Positions 60,784 to 64,000 of a stretch of DNA of 64,000 nt are shown in pieces; position 1 is the first letter of the stretch, and every line of letters begins with the position of its first letter. A model generated the notes under the pieces. It worked only from the letters and a program-made list of their open reading frames with translations, was not told the DNA's origin and made no database searches. Made by a program: the position numbers and the translations under genes. The DNA comes from Macrostomum lignano (taxonomy: Eukaryota): positions 1 through 64,000 of the forward strand of contig NIVC01000890.1 in NCBI GenBank assembly GCA_002269645.1, written 5' to 3'.

Positions 60784-63332
60784 AGGTGGAGGCGCACTCT
60801 GAATTACTTAAGCGAATCTGTTTGAAAGGAACTGCATGAAAAGTCGACAATGGTTAGGAGTTAGGAATATTCAATAGCTTTTAATACGCTTTTTTATATA
60901 TTTGTACAAGCATATTGTAAAAAAATAAGTAGCTAGAATGGCATGCTTCTTAGCGGCAAAAATCAACGAAGTGCAAATACATGCAAGTACAGCTTGTTTA
61001 ATATATGAATCCCATAATAATTATTGTATAATAAAAAATTTCAATAATGCAAAAATACCAAGTAACTGGGCACAATATTTTCTGCAGCCCTGGCTTGAAC
61101 TAAGAGGAAAAATCTTGAAATAGTACTGTACTACCCCTGGTAATTGATAATGTGAAAGTAGAAATTATAGATCTTGTTTCTTTCGAAACAAACGGAAGCC
61201 CGAAAAGAAAAGCATCGCTTGGGCATAAAGGAACTACACTGGAGAGTGGAGAGCAATAATAAAAAGTACTGTTTTGTTGCAACCTGCAATCAAGATACTT
61301 ATATTGTAATTTTTTAAGTTGAGATTGAAACAGACTCTGTCATATTACGCCTTGAGCCTTATAAGGGTAGTATTAGAAATCGTATATAGCCTAGAACTAG
61401 AATTCCTTTTTTATGGGAGGATCACACCCCTTCACGCAAGGGGTGGTTGGTGTTTATCGATTTTCTTGTTGGCTTTCGCATCCTACCCTGTTACGAGCAT
61501 CTTTTACCACGCTGCACGTAAGGGGGTGGTTGGTTGGCGCTTATCGATTTTCTTGTCTCACCCTTTTTCGTTTCCCTTTTACGAGTACCAATGCTAACCC
61601 TGACAAATTTCACCAAGGCTGGAAGGCTGGATTGCCGGGCTAGGCGTTAGGGGAGGGGGGTGGTTGGCTATCAGTTTTCTGGTTGGACCAAAGTGTTCTT
61701 GATCTTCACATCTACCCCCCTCCGCGGGTAACCCTACATAATGGCTGATAATTAGCTGGATGCCCCTTCTCTGACGTGCTGCGAGTGGGGGTTGGTTGGT
61801 CATTATCGATTTTTATGGGTTAGCTGTTTGCAAACTGGCTAACCGATTGTAGATTTTTAATAGGCTATAAAATCTCGACGCTGAAACGCAGACGGTTGGA
61901 GAACATTTGCGATATAATCTAAACTACGCAGCCACTATATAGCTTCTTATTCACCCCCTTACACTCACAGAATTTGTGTTCAATATTAGGAATATAAAAA
62001 GGAATTCTTCGCTTCAAAGTTGACTCAGGAATAAATTATGCAAACAAAGTAGCAGTTTTACTTGGTTAATTTAGGTACAGATACACGATACAAATATTAA
62101 GTATTGGACATCGATTTTGGTTCCAAATTTCGTTTTTAGATTCAAAACAGAAATCAATATACATCGTCGCTTGTATTAAAATATACAATGCAGCAATAAA
62201 ATGTGTAAAAAATGAACAGTCAATTTGGACGCTGAGATAATGTGAAAGCGAAATAGATTAATTCTATTCTCAAACCTAACAGCACAACATAATTTGCCTA
62301 TTAGGCAAATATACTATCACCTAATCAATCATAATGAATTAACTATAAATTTAATTTGTCAGAACAGGCAAATAATGGGAACAGTATAATAAATAACCCT
62401 TAATTTTAGAGTTAAATAAATCCTGTCGTTGCTTAAGGCAAGGTTAGACGAATCAAAACAAAAAAAACAATTTCTTCCTGTTAAAACTAAATCACCGAAT
62501 CAACCGAAAAAAACTTGAATAGAACTAAAAACTGTTTCAAAAGACTGAATAAGCAGAATCTATAGATGGTTTTTTGTCTTTAAACACGATTTGAATGAAA
62601 ATAGCCGTAGTGAGTTGTAGTGAAATTGTAACAATTTTGCTTTAACCCGATGAAAACGGTACCCAGGCCAAAAAGCGTCCCAGAGTCGCTTGCGTCGCCC
62701 CAGAGTCATTTCAGAGTCGTTGCAGATGGCACAGGTAAAATTGGAGAGAAGTGACTCGAAGCGACTCTAAAAATGACGAGATGTCACGGTACAAGCCGCC
62801 AAAAAGTCGTCATCGTCAAAGAGTCGCTCAACAATCACTTTGAAGCGTTTTATTTCCTGAAACTCTGAAACGACACTGGGGCGATGCAAGTGACTCTGGG
62901 GCGTAAAGTGGTATTTGAGGCGTGCTAGAGTCACTGTAGAGGAACTGAGTTGTGTTTAGAAGCGCATTTGCGTCGCTTCATGATCTGAGTCGCATCTCTA
63001 GCGAAAGCTAAGTGCCAACACAACGATTCTTGGACGACTCTTTTACGATTCTACAACTCACGTGACGCGCTTGTGACGCAACAGTCGCCTCTCCGTCGAG
63101 TTAGACGCGTTTGAGACGTTAAAAAGTCACAGGAGTTGTCCCAGAGTCGCTAGAGTCACTAGTGAGTTGTTTGCAATGGCTGTTTAGCGATTCCTGTCAT
63201 GGTAACGTTTTCAATTGGTTTTTTAGTTAATTACTTATAGCACACTTTTCGTTTCAACAAGGCTCAAAACGATGCTCTTGTAAAAAAGGGGGACTCGGAT
63301 CTGGAAGCAACAACAACACTAGATAAGCATTA

Positions 63333-63613
63333 TCAGGCAAAATTGTAATTGTCCGGCGGCTCGCAAACTGTAGGCTGCGGAGTAGCCGCCAGCGCGGCCG
63401 GGCTGACCCCAGCCTGGGCCAGCACAACCAGTCTGGCCTCCAGTTCTAGTCGGACAAAGCCGTCCAATTGCTGCCGATAGAGAGGCGATCTCATTGGGCC
63501 GCCATTAAGACGGTTCAGACCGTCTGACCAGTGGTGAAACACTTCAGCATCGTCTGTGTGCAGCAGGCAGCTGATTTCGGTTTCAAGCAGATTTTCGATT
63601 TGCTGCAGTTGCA

Positions 63614-63644
<31 letters not shown>

Positions 63645-63735
63645 GGCTGCCGCTTCTGCTGTTTGATCGCCAAAGTCGTTCGGCTCGCCTCTGCGCGGTT
63701 GAAAGGTGAGAAGGGTTGAGTTGTTTATTAAGCAC
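63333..63735 (-). CDS. ELMO: ELMO/CED-12 family, final exon (end of the PH domain and proline-rich tail)
   Basis: The acceptor at 63736 gives ...EVFHHWSDGLNRLNGGPMRS...LELEARLVVL...EPPDNYNFA*, matching from memory ELMO1 WTDGLNALLGKDMMS...MEIKLRLLDL...EPSNYDF. Upstream exons lie beyond the window. Confidence 0.85.
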
Positions 63736-63875
63736 CTAGAAAAAATTGAAAAACTATAAATGGGCTAAAACAAATGAGAAAAAAATAAAGAAGAGAGACA
63801 TTTATGAGACAACAAACAGGAAAGAAGTAAAAATACCATGGGATAAATGAGAGAAGGAGTGAAGTTAGCGAGGAA

Positions 63876-64000
63876 TAAACACACGTGTGATAAATACCTC
63901 ATTCGATACACACGTGTGATAGATACCTACAGGATAAACACACGTGTGATAAATACCCCTATGCGATAAAAACGTGTGATAGATACCCCATTCGATAAAC
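63876..64000. repeat. About 30-bp tandem repeat with a CACGTGTGATA core, intronic, truncated by the window edge
   Basis: Four copies visible. Confidence 0.75.

Noticed and set aside
58149-60850. Several 240-690 aa ORFs (LPDPQLLGHFQILSCWATSRSSVAGP)n
   Set aside because: A stop-free 26-bp unit read in rotating frames; no evidence of coding.

Overview
Eukaryotic (animal) genomic DNA with GT-AG spliced genes, GC-rich exons and introns filled with different minisatellites. This style resembles the flatworm Macrostomum, but that is an inference and the species is not verified. Left to right: (1) a giant minus-strand gene whose N-terminus is a plakin-domain fragment (spectrin-like helices plus plakin SH3), fused to a >13.9 kb exon encoding several repeat families and many TQT-type motifs, running off the left edge with frameshifts in the last 3.2 kb; (2) an AidB-type acyl-CoA dehydrogenase gene (6 exons, minus); (3) a DEG/ENaC channel gene (2 exons, plus) with altered HG and GxS motifs; (4) an unrecognised multi-exon gene (minus) whose 11.7 kb intron holds a 46-bp satellite interrupted by an apparently complete 8.7 kb EnSpm/CACTA-type transposon, which carries an intact transposase and a spliced accessory gene whose first intron holds a mariner element; (5) Tc1/mariner relics; (6) an hnRNP L-like four-RRM gene (minus) bracketed by two related satellites; (7) the last exon of an ELMO/CED-12 gene. 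There is one 171-N assembly gap. No rRNA, tRNA or CRISPR array was found. Exon models were read by eye from splice signals and phase arithmetic; no database searches were run.
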